Source: Mobula hypostoma (lineage: Eukaryota). From it: a DNA stretch of 64,000 nucleotides. Made by a program: the position numbers and the translations under genes. How positions within the stretch are numbered: position 1 is the first letter of the stretch; every line of letters begins with the position of its first letter. The DNA lies in assembly GCF_963921235.1 (NCBI RefSeq), contig NC_086118.1, positions 18,230,001-18,294,000 of the forward strand, in the 5' to 3' direction. Of this stretch, positions 1-12,729 are shown one piece after another. The notes beneath the pieces were generated by a model. The model was given only the letters and a program-made list of their open reading frames with translations, was not told where the DNA came from and ran no database searches.

Positions 1-1165
1 GCCAACATGGTTTTGTGTGGAGCAGGTTGTGTCTTATTAGCTTGATTGAGTTTTTAATGAGGTGATCGATGAAGTAGAGCTGTGGATGTTGTTTACTTGG
101 ATTTTAGTAAGGCATTTGACGTGGTCCCTCATGGGAGGTTCATTCAGATGAATGGGATCCATGTTGAATTGGCTGTTTGGATTCAGAACTAGCTTTTCCA
201 TGGAAGACAGAGGGTAGTGGTTGAAGTGACTTATTCTATCTGGATGCCTGTGATTAGTGGTGCTCTGAAAGGATCTGTACTCGGACTTCTGATGTTTGTG
301 ATATATATAAATTACCTGGGTGGAGATGTAGATGGGGGAGTTAATGCGTTTGTTGATGATGCAAAGATCAGTGGTCTTGTGAATAGTGTAGAAGACTGAC
401 AAAGAATACAGTGGAATATAGAACAGTTGGGGATATGAACGGAGAAATGGCAGGTGGAATTTAACCCAGACAAATGTGAAACGTTACACCATGTAGGTCA
501 AAGGTAAAGAGACAGTACACTGGTATGAGCATAGGGAGTTTGGAGTCCAGGTCCACAGCTCTGTGAAAGTGGCTACGCAGGCTACATAGGGTGGTTAAGA
601 AGACATGAAATGTTGCCTTATTAGTCGAGATATTGAATTCAAATGTCAGGATGTTGCAACATTATAAAGCTCTAGTTGGGCTGCATCTGCAGTATTGCGT
701 ACAGTTCTGGTCATCCCATTATAGGAAGAATGTTGAGGCTTTGGAGAAGTTTACTGCCTGGATTAGAGAAATTTGGGCTGTTTTTTCTCATATGGCAGAG
801 GCTAAGGGGAGATCTGATAGATGTTTGTTTATAGGATTATGAGAGGCATAGATAGACAGACAGTATCCATTCCCCAGTTGAAACGTCTACCACCTGAGGG
901 CATGCATTTAAGTTGAGTTGGGTAATTTCAAAGGAGGTGTGAGGGATTTTTTTTACACAGTGGTGGATGCCTGGAATGTGTTGCCTAGAGTGCTGGTGGA
1001 GGCAGATACATTAGAGACTTTTAAGAGATGTTTAGATAGGTACCTGAATGTGAGGAAAATGTAAGGATAGGAACATGACAGAGGGGATTAGTTTGGTTAT
1101 CCATTTGATAACTAATTGGATCAGCACAATGGCCTGTTCCAGTGCTGTACTGGTCTACATTCTGA
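1..1165 (+). mobile_element. CR1-type LINE, decayed 3' part (RT C-terminus and 3' UTR)
   Basis: Broken frames with CR1 RT motifs (LDFSKAFD, KGSVLGLLMF, AFVDDAK, LQYCVQFWSSHY); CR1-like 3' tail ggcctgttccagtgctgtactgg near 1131-1153. Confidence 0.85.
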
Positions 1166-2030
1166 ATTCCAGTGAGTATAGTCCCAGGTGACTCAATCTC
1201 TCCTCATAGACTAATGTTGGTTGAGGATTGATTACTGACCAGGAGAACTTACTTTCTCTTTGAATAATGCAATGGGACTTGTATCATTCCCCTAAGGTGG
1301 ATCTCCTCTCTGATGTAAATCACTCTCAGGTGCAGCACTCAGATTCTGGCTCACATATCAGACTCAAAGAAAGAGTGAGGGAGGTGAAACTGAGGAACGT
1401 GATATCTAGGATTCTTGTCTGCTAATTGCTGAAAACAGCTGGCAGAATCCAGAGTTAAATGCAAAGATTTAATCAAAACCAATGCAATATGAATGAACCA
1501 ATACTGGTGCCTCTAGAAACAGAGGTACATCAAGCAAGGTGGACTTTTGGGAGAGATTTCAGGAGGGAAGGCGTAAGAATTTTGGATCATTGGACTTTCT
1601 TCCAGGGAAGGTGGGACCTGTACAGAAGGGATGGTTTGCACCTCAACTGGAGAGGGCCTCGTATCCTAGCAGCAAGGTTTGTTAATGCTGCTCAGTGGGG
1701 TTCATTCCAGAGTTGTAGTGGGATGGGAACCAAAGTGCCAGTACAGTTAGGGAGAGGTTGTGGAGGCAGATGTTCGTAAGACCTCAGACAAAGTTGGGAA
1801 TCAAAAGGTTGAGTATGGTGCCACTAGTGTCCTGAGCTGCCTGTATTTCAATGCAAGAAGGGTCACAGGAAAGGTGGTGATCGTGCTGAAGATGAGGTAG
1901 TAATTTACAAACAGAGGCAATGTGTAGTGAGGAGACAGTGAAGATAGGGCAAAGTTGCAGTCAACAACATGAGTTACAATGTAAAAGGCAGACAACATTA
2001 AAAAGGGTGAATCCAGGACTGACGGTGTTA

Positions 2031-2064
2031 TAGTCATAGTCATACTTTATTGATCCCGAGGGAA
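2031..2064 (-). mobile_element. Extremely 5'-truncated Rex1-like 3' tail inserted in CR1 ORF2
   Basis: tagtcatagtcatactttattgatcccgagggaa matches the tail at ~32830-32875; removing it restores CR1 LTVLYLNARS. Confidence 0.7.
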
Positions 2065-2245
2065 ACTTGAATGCGCGCAGTACACGGAATAAGGTGGATA
2101 AACATGCAGCACAGTTACAGATCACTGTGTTTGATGTTGTATGCATCACTGAATCATGGCTGAAAGAAGATTATAGCTGGGAGCGTAAAGTCCAGGGATA
2201 CACGTTGTATTGAAAAGACAGACAGGAAGGCACAGTGGTGGAGGT

Positions 2246-2464
2246 AAACAACAGGAATTCTGCAGATGCTGGAAATTCAAGCAACGCACATCAAAGTTGC
2301 TGGTGAGCGCAGCAGGCCAGGCAGCATCTATAGGAAGAGGTACAGTCGACGTTTCAGGCCGAGACCCTTCGTCAGGACAGGGTCTCGGCCTGAAACGTCG
2401 ACTGTACCTCTTCCTATAGATGCTGCCTGGCCTGCTGTGTTCACCAGCAACTTTGATGTGTGTT
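2246..2464. mobile_element. Hairpin (inverted) PLE terminal-repeat insertion
   Basis: 14-bp TSD acagtggtggaggt at 2232-2245 and 2465-2478; two inverted arms match the 3' end of the PLE at 47600-47742. Confidence 0.9.
2343..2378 (-). ncRNA. Minimal type I hammerhead ribozyme motif, intact core
   Basis: Reverse complement reads GTC-CTGACGA-AGGGTCTCGGCCT-GAAA-CG-TC-GACTG: CUGANGA and GAAA boxes, short stem II, GUC triplet, palindromic ACGU in place of stem III. Confidence 0.8.
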
Positions 2465-5400
2465 ACAGTGGTGGAGGTGCTCTGTTGGTAAGAAGTGAAA
2501 TCAAGTCATTAGAAAGAGGTGACACATGGTCAGAAGCTGTTGAATCATTGTGGATAAAGCTAAGGAATTGCAAGAGTAAAACGACCCTGATGGGAGTTGT
2601 ATGCAGACCCCCAAACATAAGTAAGGATATGGTTCTACAAATTGCAATGGGAGGTAGAAAATGCATGCCAAAAGAGCAATGTTACAATAGTCATGGGGGA
2701 TTTCAATATGCGGGTAGATTGGGAAAATCAGTCTTGTGCAAAGAAGGGAAATTTCTAGAAGCCCCATGAAATGGCTTTTCAGAGTATCTTGTGGTTGAGC
2801 CCACTAGGGGATCAGCTATTCTGGATTGGGTGATTTGCAATGAACTAGAATTGATTAGAAACCTAAGGTAAAAGAACCCTTAGGGGACAGTGATCATATA
2901 TGATCGAATTCACCCTGCAATTTGAGAAGGAGAAGCTGAAGTCAGATGTATCAGTATTACAGAGGCATGTGAGTGGTGTAGGCCAGAATTGATTGGAAAA
3001 GAACACTGGCAGGGATGATAGCAGAGCAGCAATGGTTGGAATTTCTGGAAGCAATTTGAAAGGTACAGGATATAAGTATCCCAAAGAGAAAGAACGCTTC
3101 TAAAGGAAAGGTGACACAACCATTGCTAACAAGAGAAGTCAAAGCTAACATAGGAGCCAAAGAGATATCAATAATTAGTGGGGATTTAGAGGACTGGGAA
3201 GCTATTAAAAACTAACAAGAGTCAACTAAAAAAGTCATTAAAAAGGTAAAAATGGAATATAAAGTAAGCTAGCCAATAATATTAAAGAAGATACCAAAAG
3301 TTTTTTCAGATACATAAAGTGTAAAAGAGTAGATATCAGACCACTGGAAAGATACCGGAGATGTGGCAATGTAGTAGGGAGTAACTGGCAGTCTGAGTCT
3401 TAAATGGAGAGCGGCATCTAGCTACACTGTGGGGAATTGGAGTGCCGAAACCTCGACGCCAGCCGTTGTTCAGTCCCGACAAGGACAGTGAAAAGAAGGA
3501 CCCTTAGGGAAAAACTGATCATAATATGATGGAATTCAGCCTGAAATTTGAGAAGGAACAGCTAAAGCCAGATGTATCAGTATTACAGTTGGACAAAGGG
3601 AATTACAGAGGCATGAGAGAGCATTGCCAGATTTGATTGGAAAAGAACACTAGTAGGGATGACAGCAGAGCAGCAATGGCTGGAATTTCCGGAAACAATT
3701 TGGAAGGCACAGGATCTATCCCAAAGAGGAAGAAGTATTCAAAAGGCAAGATGACACAACCATAGCTACAAAGAGAAGTCAAAGCCAACATAAGAGTCAA
3801 AGAGAGGACATATAAGAAAGCAAAAGTTAGTGGGAAGTTAGAGGATTGGGAAGCTTTTGAAAACTAACAGAGGGCAACTAAAAAAGTCATTAAGAAGGTA
3901 AAGATGAAATACAAAATAAGCTAGCCAATAATTTTCAAGAGGATATCAAAAGTTTCTTCAGATACATTAAGTGTAAAAAAAGAGGCAAAAGCCGGGAAAT
4001 AATGTTGGACAGGTAAAGGGGGGGGCAGATGGGGAGGGGGCAAGGAAACTGCGAATGAAGTGAATAACCATTTTGCATCAGTCTTAACTGTGGAAGGCGC
4101 TGGCAGTTTGGTGGTTTTCCAGATGTCAGGGGTTATAAAGTGTGTTAAGTTACCATTACTAGAGAGAAGGTTCTTGGGAAACTGAAAGGTCTGAAGGTAG
4201 ATAAGTCACGTAGACCAGATGATGTACGCTCCAGGGTTCTGAATGAGATGGGTGAAGAGATTGTAGAGGCATTAGCAATGATCTTTCAAGAATCACAAGT
4301 TTCTGGGATAGTTCCAGAAGACTGGAAAATTGCAAATGTTATTCCACTCTTCAAGAAGGGAGAGAGGCAGTGAAGGGAAACTATAGGCCAGCTAGTCTGA
4401 CCTCAATGGTTGGAAAGATGTTTCAGTCGATTATTAAGGATGAGATCTTTGGGTACTTGGAGGCACGTGATTAAATAGACCATAGTCAGCATGATTTCCT
4501 CAAGGGAAAATCTTGCCTGACATATCTGCTGGAATTCTTTGAAGAAATAACAGGCAGGATAGACAAAGGAGAATCGCTTCATGTTGTACACTTGGATTTT
4601 CAGAAGGCCCTTTGACAAGATGCCACACATGAAGTTGCTTAACAAGCTATAATCCCACGGTATTACAGGAAAGATTCTAACATAGATAAAGCTGATTGGC
4701 AGGAAGCAAAAAATATGAATAAAGTGAGCCTTTTCTGGTTGGCTGCCAGTGACTAATGGTGTTCCACAGGGGTTTGTGTTCAGACTGATTCATTTTACAT
4801 TATATATCAAGGATTTGGATGATAGAATTGATGGCTTTGTTGCAAAGTTTGCAGATGATATGAAGATAGATGGAGGGGCAGATAGTTTTGAGGAAGTAGA
4901 GAGGCTACAGAATGACTTAGACAGATTTGGAGAATGGACAAATATGTGCCAGATGGAATACAGTGTCAGGAAGTGTATGGTCATGCACTTTGACAGAAGA
5001 AATGAAAGGGTAGAAAAAATATATAGAAAAACTGAGGCACAAAGGGATTGGCAGTCCTTCTGCAGGACTTCCTAAAGGTTAATTTTCAGGTTGAGGAAGG
5101 CAAATGTGATGTTAGCCTTCATTTCAAGAGGACTAAAACATAAAAGCAAGGATATAATGTTGAGGCTTTCTACATCACTGGTGAGGCCTCCCTTGAAGGA
5201 TTGTGAGCAGTTTTGGGCACCTTATCTTATAAAGCATGTGCTGAAACTGGAGAAGGCTTAATGGAGGTTCACCACACTGTTTCCAGGCTTGTCATATGAA
5301 AAGCGTCTGATGGCTCTGGGCCTGTATTCACTGGAATTCAGAAGAATGAGGGGTGACCTAATTGAAACCTATCGATGGTGAAAGGCCTTCATAAAGAGGA

Positions 5401-6977
5401 TGTGGAGAGGATGTTCCTATCCTGTGAGAATCTAGGATGAAAGGACACAGCCTCAGAACAGATGGGCATCCTTTTAGAATGGAGGCCAGGAGGAACTTCT
5501 TTAGCCAGAGGGAGGTAAATCTGTGGAATTCTTTGCCACAGGCAGCTGTAGAGGCCAACTATTTCTGTATATTTAAGGCTGAGGTTGATAGATCCTTGAT
5601 TGGTCAGGGCATGAAGGGATATGGGGAGAAGGCAGGAGACGGGGCTGCGAGGAAAATTGGATCAGCCATGATGCAAAGGCAGAGCAGACTCAATAACCAA
5701 AAGGCCTAGTTATCTTAAAACTTCCACACTCCTGAACTCAGACCTTTGAGAGCATAAAACTGAAGAGAAGATAGGTCTATCAACCAATTTTGGTGGTGTT
5801 GGCAGGTGCTCTATCACAGATGTTTGCTTTGATTTGATGTGATGGGATTTTAGCTTTCTCAGTCAGTGACTGAATTGAAAAACATTTAAATGAAGGAAAT
5901 AATGAATGTGGAATGTCAGCCAAATACTGATTGCTTAAAAGAATTGTATCATTTCAGGCATGAGTGATTAAACTATTCATCATGTTGTACTGAACTGATT
6001 AAAGCAAATGAAATTCAATAGTGTACTATTGTAGTCAAATCATAGCTCACCTCAAGATTTTTTTTACCTTAAAGAATCTTTACCCTTATTCTGGGTGCCT
6101 ATTTGTTTTCAGAACATTTTACAGCATGTACTTCCACCATCTAGTCACTGGCAAACGTGAATTACTTCACCAAAGTGAAAATGAGTACATGTGAGGGTTG
6201 GCACAATCTGCCCACAAGCTCATTTCTTCACCTTCTCATCCATCTCTGCCCATTTATTTTCCCCATACATATTCTCTGTCAAATGTTCTGTCATCAATAC
6301 TTCTCACATCAGTCCAGGTTAAATCTGCATCAGCTGTTTTATACTCATCTGGTTCTAGCCTCAGGACAGTACCTCTCCTCCTCCTTGAATACATCTTTTT
6401 TCACATTAACTCTTGTCGTTGTGAACAAAGTCACCAGGGAGACCCTGAAGCTAGTGGATGTAGAAGTCTTTCATTCAACAAAATCGAGCATCAGGCATCA
6501 TATTGAGACACTCTTAGAAGAAGAGACCAGCTAGACCCAATATTACATGACATTTTTATATGCTACAGGTCAAAGGTAACAGCAGGCTAATTCTATAGTT
6601 ACAATGTATCTACAATGCTTCCTTTGAATTTCATATAGTTTTTGGCAACCTCCCTCTTTGCACCCACACTCCAGACACCAAAATAAATGTTAATCCCCAT
6701 TGATTCTCGGCTGCATTGATGCATATGCAGGCATCTACAGACTAAGTGGAGTTATTCTTTGTTTATGACTGACCCCATCCTGCAACTCCAGGAATCCTAC
6801 TGTTCTGCGCTGCGATTTAAATTCAATCTACAATTTGTATCCTAATCTCAAAAACGGCTGCTGTTGGACTTAATATTTGCTATATACCCTATCTCCAGAG
6901 TATTCCCCTAACACTAGGAGTACCTACTTTACCTGCATTATAAATGGAACTACAATTCAGAAGTACTTCATTGGTGC

Positions 6978-8022
6978 TGTTATGTACCCCGTAACTGGGT
7001 TGCCAAACCAGCAGAAATGGATCACTCAGTTGGAGTCTGGATTACTAGAACTAAGAAAGTTTTATTAAAGAAACAAGCAACACAGTAATCGAAAGGATAA
7101 TAAATGCAACAGTTCAGCAATGATAGACACACATGTGCACAGAATTAAAATAACAGCATCAATCAAGCTCTATCGTTGTCTAGGGGTAAATGACCAATTT
7201 CAAAGTGACACAAAAGTCCAGTTCAGTTTAGTTCAGTTCGCAGCAATCGTTGCCATGGCGATGGACAACGTGGGGGGAGGGAGAGAGAGAACGGGAACGA
7301 CTGATCATTCAAAACGGCTTCCACTCACAGACCGGCGATATTGCTCACAAGCAGCTTTCGGGCGGGTCCTTTGTGATGTCACCTGAGGTCACCAACTGTG
7401 ACCCCTCCTCCAGATGCGGTCGATCCTCTGCAGTGAGCCCGGCCCCCAAGCGAGGGCGGACACACACCGGGTTCCCGCTGATCGTACCTTTCCACCCTGT
7501 GCGTTTATGGTCCGATACTTCCCACCGACTCGTGAGAGGTGCACCGCTTCCAGGGTCTCGTTACCTCGAGTGTCATGTGTGTCGCCTTAGTGAACCTGTC
7601 CCTTTTTATCCCCCTGCTGGGGTATCGCCTGTCCATCACTTCAAACAGTTCAGGGTTCAAAGGGGGAGCCGCTCTAGACAGCTCTCTCTCCCGTCCCTTC
7701 ATTACACATCTCCAGATCGCCTGTCCATCACTTCAAACAGTTCAGGGTTCAAAGGGGGAGCCGCTCTAGACAGCTCTCTCTCCCGTCCCTTCATTACACA
7801 TCTCCAGATTGCCTGTCCATCAATTCAAACAGTTCAGGGTTCAAAGGGGGAGCCGATCTTGACAATACCCAGACTGATGGCTCCTTCATTAACACCTCCA
7901 AATGCTGCCACATTGTGTGCCTTATCTCTCCTTCCCCTGAGGACAGGTGGCAGACCACTGCTGATGCCACTGATGCTAGCCCAGGCCAGCAAACATCTTA
8001 ATTTATGTGTATTCTCGTCACA
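6978..8022 (-). repeat. 3' LTR of copy A (1045 bp, with a 92-bp internal tandem expansion)
   Basis: Direct repeat of 10596-11461; repeat units start at 7624, 7716 and 7808. Confidence 0.93.
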
Positions 8023-8112
8023 CTTCCCCCCTTTAAGGATTTTTACCGGGAGGTAAAAATTACAAACATGAATACATTATTTGATACACACACAAATATA
8101 CATCTTTATCAG

Positions 8113-9195
8113 CTATTTGGCTAACACAGCGAGTTTGAAGTTGTCAACACCTTGACAGACAGTCATCACATTTTCTGTTCCTTTTATATGTGTTATTAAT
8201 ATATTATCCCTTAGACCAGGCTCCAACTCAGCAAACTTCATAGTGGCCAAAAACACTGATGAATTGCGATCAATGTAACCTCTCATTTGGTTTCGTCCCG
8301 GACCACAATAACAAGGGTCGTCCCATTCCGACTCAGTTTTCTCTCGCAAGGGCTTAGTAGGAGGGGGAGGGGTAGTGACCGCAGAGTTATTGCAAAACTT
8401 CCTACAGTACCCCACCATCTCCAAGAGCCTTCTGAGGGCCCTCTTGTCTGTCGGGGTTGGGAGGTCAGCGATAGCCTGCACTGTAGCTTGCATCGCTGCC
8501 AGCTGCCCCTGTGTCACCACAATTCCCAGGTAAGTGACCCTCGTGTGGCCGAATTCATTTTTTTCAAGGTTCACTATCAAGCTGGCTTCAGACAGCCGTA
8601 TTAAATTGCCAATACACACCTCTGTGTTCGTCAGCCCTTTAATCACTGAATTACTCATTATATATGGTTGTTGTTTACTAGGCCGGCCTATTGTAACAGA
8701 CATCACCTAATGTCCCAGTTCTTTGCATTGCCTCGGGACAATCAAACACACGGGTGCGAGTCGTTTAATTATTCTGCTAAAGAGCCGCTTTGTTTGGGGA
8801 TTAAGGGAGAGACCTTATCAGTAGACCTGGCCAAAACAATAGCCTTCTCCCATCAGATCGATCCCATACTAATCTTTTCAAAATGGTTTTTTTTCTCTTA
8901 TCAGGGGGCCCCTAGCTTCATTGATTTCCACGCTAACACCGACTAGGTTTGTTAGCATATCAAAAGCCTGTGACCGTCTCAGTTCGCGTCGGTCATGATC
9001 AATAACATCCTTCCCCCTGGGCAGCCGGTAAACCTCTTTCATGATTCCACCAACTGTTTCCTCCAGCACCGCAAAATGTCCACCGGGGGGTACCTCGTGG
9101 GCCATGTTAAAAACCTCATCCCCATAACTCTTTTGCACCACCCCCCACTCCTCATCTGCGGGTACTGTACTTGATTTCCCTATTTTCCTTAGCAC
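8113..9195 (-). pseudogene. pol remnants of copy A (IN zinc-finger stub, RT thumb, RNase H C-terminus)
   Basis: MAHEVPPGGHF; VNLEKNEFGHTRVTYLG...LRRLLEMVGYCRKF; ITHIKGTENV; catalytic cores absent. Confidence 0.8.
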
Positions 9196-9222
9196 TTCCT
9201 CCTCCGCACAATAGCCTACTAG

Positions 9223-10496
9223 TTACCTTGTTAAAGCTGTGTCAGAGAGAGCTGTCTCTGCCAAAACCATCAGCCCCTCGTCTTGTTCCTGCGTCTGCAC
9301 AAATTCTTTCCTGGCTACTGCTACGTCTGTCCCAGCTCCCTCACTACCTCTTGTCTCACTACACTCCTTCTTTTCATTTTCTACCCCCGTCTGGTACAAG
9401 GTTGGCAGAAACGTTTCAGCTAAATTTACCACCGCAGCCCCATGATGAACCTGTGAGTTCATGGGCGGGGCCTCAATGCTGGCAGGCTGACCTGTCAATC
9501 TCACGACTGGGAACACGATTCCCCCGGCGACGTCATTACCGAGCAAGACTTCCACGCCTTTCATTGGTAATTCGGACCTCACCCCGATCGTGACTAGTCC
9601 AGAGACTAGGTTGCTTTGTAAGTGTATCTGGTGCAAAGGGACTGACTCTGTCCCTTCCCCAACACCTTTGACCTCTACCTCCCCAGTCTGGGTCTCTGAG
9701 CTAAACTCTAATACACTCTTCAGTATCAGTGACTGACATGCTCCTGTGTCTCTCCAGATCCGCACTGGAACTGGTTTTAACCCCTCCTTCACTGACACCA
9801 ATCCGGCCAAGATAAACTTCTCGCGCCCTTCCTGAACTTTGGCAGACCTGTCCTTCCCTAGCGGTTCGTGTACCAGCTCGATACAGCCAGTCAAAATTTC
9901 CTGACTTATAACCACTTTTTCGAAGTGGAGAAAGTACCGATCCACGTCGGTATCGTCAAATGGGGGAACCAGCCTAACCTCCTGGGTCGCCCGGAACCCT
10001 CCACCTTGGTTCGGCACGAGCCCCTGCTCGGCCCTTCAGCTCAAATTCCCTTTCCCTCTGCTTCTCCAACTGCTGCAACTGTCTTTCTCTCTCTTTCTCT
10101 TCTCTCTCCAACTGTCTCTCTCTCTCTCTCTCTCTCCTGCCTTTCTAACTCTTTCTCTTTCTCCCGCCTTTCTAACTCTCTCTCCTGCCTTTCTACCTGC
10201 TTCTCTTCATGTTCTAACTGCCGTACCCGGAACTCGTGCTCGAGTCTCAGTTTTTCAAGCTGCACCTGTACTGCGTCTCCAACAGGTTTTTCAATAGACA
10301 CCACCCCCAGCTCGCCTTGGGGAAACACACCCTTAGATACATAGTGCTCTACGATAGCTCTGTGTATCTCCTCTCTCCTCATTGTCGACTTCCCCTTAGC
10401 AAGATTCAACCGTTTGGCCACAGCTACCAATTCCGATTTCCTGGCATCCTCTAATGCCTCCAAGGTCGGCGCCTTTATAAACTCCTCAACCTCCAT
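9223..10496 (-). pseudogene. gag-protease of copy A, frameshifted, SCAN-like region and zinc knuckle deleted
   Basis: ORFs 10041-10496 and 9223-10017 match 58351-60598. The junction VISQE|ILTG near 9900 lacks ~640 bp present at ~58959-59599. Confidence 0.88.
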
Positions 10497-10573
10497 TTCT
10501 GCTGTTTGTCTTTTCTTTCTTTCGGGAATTTTAACCCAATCAATTTACTCCGTCCCAAATTTAGCGTTCAAAA

Positions 10574-10591
10574 TCGCGGATGAGAACCCCA
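10574..10591 (-). promoter_or_regulatory. tRNA-Pro primer-binding site, decayed
   Basis: Minus strand tggggttctcatccgcga, 4 nt downstream of the LTR end; a decayed form of TGGGGGCTCGTCCGGGAT. Confidence 0.7.
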
Positions 10592-10595
10592 CTTA

Positions 10596-11461
10596 TGTTA
10601 CGTACCCCGTAACTGGGTTGCCAAACCAGCAGAAATGGATCACTCAGTTGGAGTCTGGATTACTAGAACTAAGAAAGTTTTATTAAAGAAACAAGCAACA
10701 CAGTAATCGAAAGGATAATAAATGCAACAGTTCGGCAATGATAAACACACATGTGCACAGAATTAAGATAACAGCATCAATCAAGCTCTATCGTTGTCTA
10801 GGGGTAAATGACCAATTTCAAAGTGACACAAAAGTCCAGTTCGGTTTAGTTCAGTTCGCAGCAATCGTTGCCATGGTGATGGACAACGTGGGGGGAGGGA
10901 GAGAGAGAACGAGAACGACTGATCATTCAGAAACGGCTTCCACTCACAGACCGGCGATATTGCTCACAAGCAGCTTTCGGGCGGGTCCTTTGTGATGTCA
11001 CCTGAGGTCACCGACTGTGACCCCTCCTCTAGATGCGGTCGATCCTCTGCAGTGAACTCGGCACCCAAGCGAGGGTGGACACACACCGGGTTCCCACTGA
11101 TCGTACCTTTCCACCCTGTGCGTTTATGGTCCGGTACTTCCCACCGACTCGTGAGAGGCGCACCGCTTCCAGGGTCTCATTACCTTGGGTGTCGTGTGTG
11201 TGTCCTGCCTTAGTGAACCTGTTCCTTTTTATCCCCCTGCTGGGGTATCGCCTGTCCATCACTTCAAACAGTTCAGGGTTCAAAGGGGGAGCCGATCTTG
11301 ACAATACCCAGACTGATGGCTCCTTCATTAACATCTCCAAATGCTGCTTCATTGTGTGCCTTATCTCTCCTTCCCCTGAGGACAGGTGGCAGACCACTGC
11401 TGATGCCACTGATGCTAGCCCAGGCCAGCAAACATCTTAATTTATGTGTATTCTCGTCACA
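10596..11461 (-). repeat. 5' LTR of copy A (866 bp)
   Basis: TGTGAC...GTAACA on the minus strand, followed by the PBS and gag. Confidence 0.93.
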
Positions 11462-12729
11462 GTGCAAAGCTGGAGCACTGGAGGGAGGGCGAGTAGAATG
11501 AAAGGGATATGTGTTTTCCTCATCTTCCTTCAGAATTCGACATTTGCTGTAGTTCTCTAATTGACATCAGTATTTTAATAGTCTGTTTGAGACCAATGTT
11601 ATCTCAGGAAAGGGGGCTTGTGGGGCCAGACTACATTAGCTGAGCAGGCAAGCATCAATAAGTGTGCTTCAGATTGCAGATTATCGAGGAATAAGATCAA
11701 CTGAGCTCTTGAACTGTTATTTTCAGTAAGAGCAGTTCATCATCTGTCTATTTTAGAACATGATTCCTTTGCTGTTAGACACACATATAAAGCAGCAGTC
11801 TGTTGTGAAATTCATTTTACAGATGGTTGCTGTAATTATAAAAACAAAGGCAGTGAAGAATTTACAACTCAAATATAACTATTCATCAATTTGTTCCAAC
11901 CAAATAATAATGAGGCCTATTTAACTGAATCTCATTTTAAGTGGTTATTCTCCAGTGGATACAGTAACTACTATAAAACTGACTGTAATACAAAAGGTGA
12001 CACCAACAGTGAATGTGGAGATCTGCTTAGGATGAAGCAGCCCAGCCTGTTTCTCATTTTTTCCCTTTTTCTATTTTCCCTGGGCTGTACACTACGTCTG
12101 GTTGAGAACGATTACAGTTATCAGTGAATTTCACCAGTTCTGTACATTGCAACAGTCACAGATTCATGGGCAATGGTACATACATATAACAGGTCATTTG
12201 CTGCTACTGTTGCACATCAGAGCCTTTGACTGCTCGAAGTTCCACACCAAGAGGCAGCCTTCTTTGCAATGCTAGGGAAAATAACACCATCGACAGTGAA
12301 CTGAATATCAACAGGCCAGCTGAGCACTTGTGTTCAGTTGATGACATTAATGTGGTTTACCACCAAGACCAGATAAAGCTCAAGGCTTAGTGTAATGTGA
12401 AATTGTACCAGCACATAAAACTTACTTACTTGCTCTTTTGTTGCTTACTGGATCCCGGGGTACACAAAGAGCAAATTCTTTGGCATTGACCACTGCTGTT
12501 CAACACAGAACCAACACCCCGTTTGAGTTGCAAAAGCTGTCATTAATTTTACTAGTTTATTATTAACCCTGACATTGAGAGACATTAACAACAATTGAGA
12601 AAATTAGTTTTAAAATATTATTACCTATTTGAAATATAAAGTTAATAAAAAAACTCAGCAGTATAATGAGTTAAAAATGTTAGCCAAGAGCAAAATAAAT
12701 GTAAAGAAAATATGTTACCTTCCACTTTA

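Larger units (their letters stand above)
1545..5715 (+). mobile_element. CR1 LINE, near full length, decayed: end of GDSL/SGNH esterase ORF1 plus endonuclease-RT ORF2
   Basis: ORF1 end DHWTFFQGRWDLYRRDGLHLN; endonuclease start YLNARS near 2065; RT motifs GVPQG and AKFADD (ORF 4749-5075); 3' RRNFFSQREVNLWNSLP. Segment ~2870-3360 recurs diverged at ~3495-3990. Confidence 0.88.
6978..11461 (-). mobile_element. Gmr1-like Gypsy LTR element, non-autonomous (copy A)
   Basis: Two TG...CA LTRs; TSD GTGC at 6974-6977 and 11462-11465; tRNA-Pro-like PBS next to the 5' LTR; PPT aaaggggggaag (8023-8034); gag, protease (RDTGA), IN zinc-finger stub, RT/RNase H remnants. Confidence 0.93.

Noticed and set aside
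6157..6534. 125-aa and 102-aa ORFs as a host exon
   Set aside because: No recognisable domain or convincing splice sites; possibly an old repeat.
7624..7860. Regular repeat as a CRISPR-like array
   Set aside because: Contiguous tandem units with no unique spacers, inside a eukaryotic LTR.
7120..8056. 268-aa and other ORFs overlapping the LTRs (also 11029-11440, 54252-54806, 57474-57968)
   Set aside because: They lie within GC-rich LTRs, their frames are not conserved among the five LTRs, and length is inflated by the 92-bp repeat.
6978..11461. Endogenous gammaretrovirus, because of the MLV-like tRNA-Pro PBS
   Set aside because: No env; domain order and motifs are Gmr1-like Gypsy.
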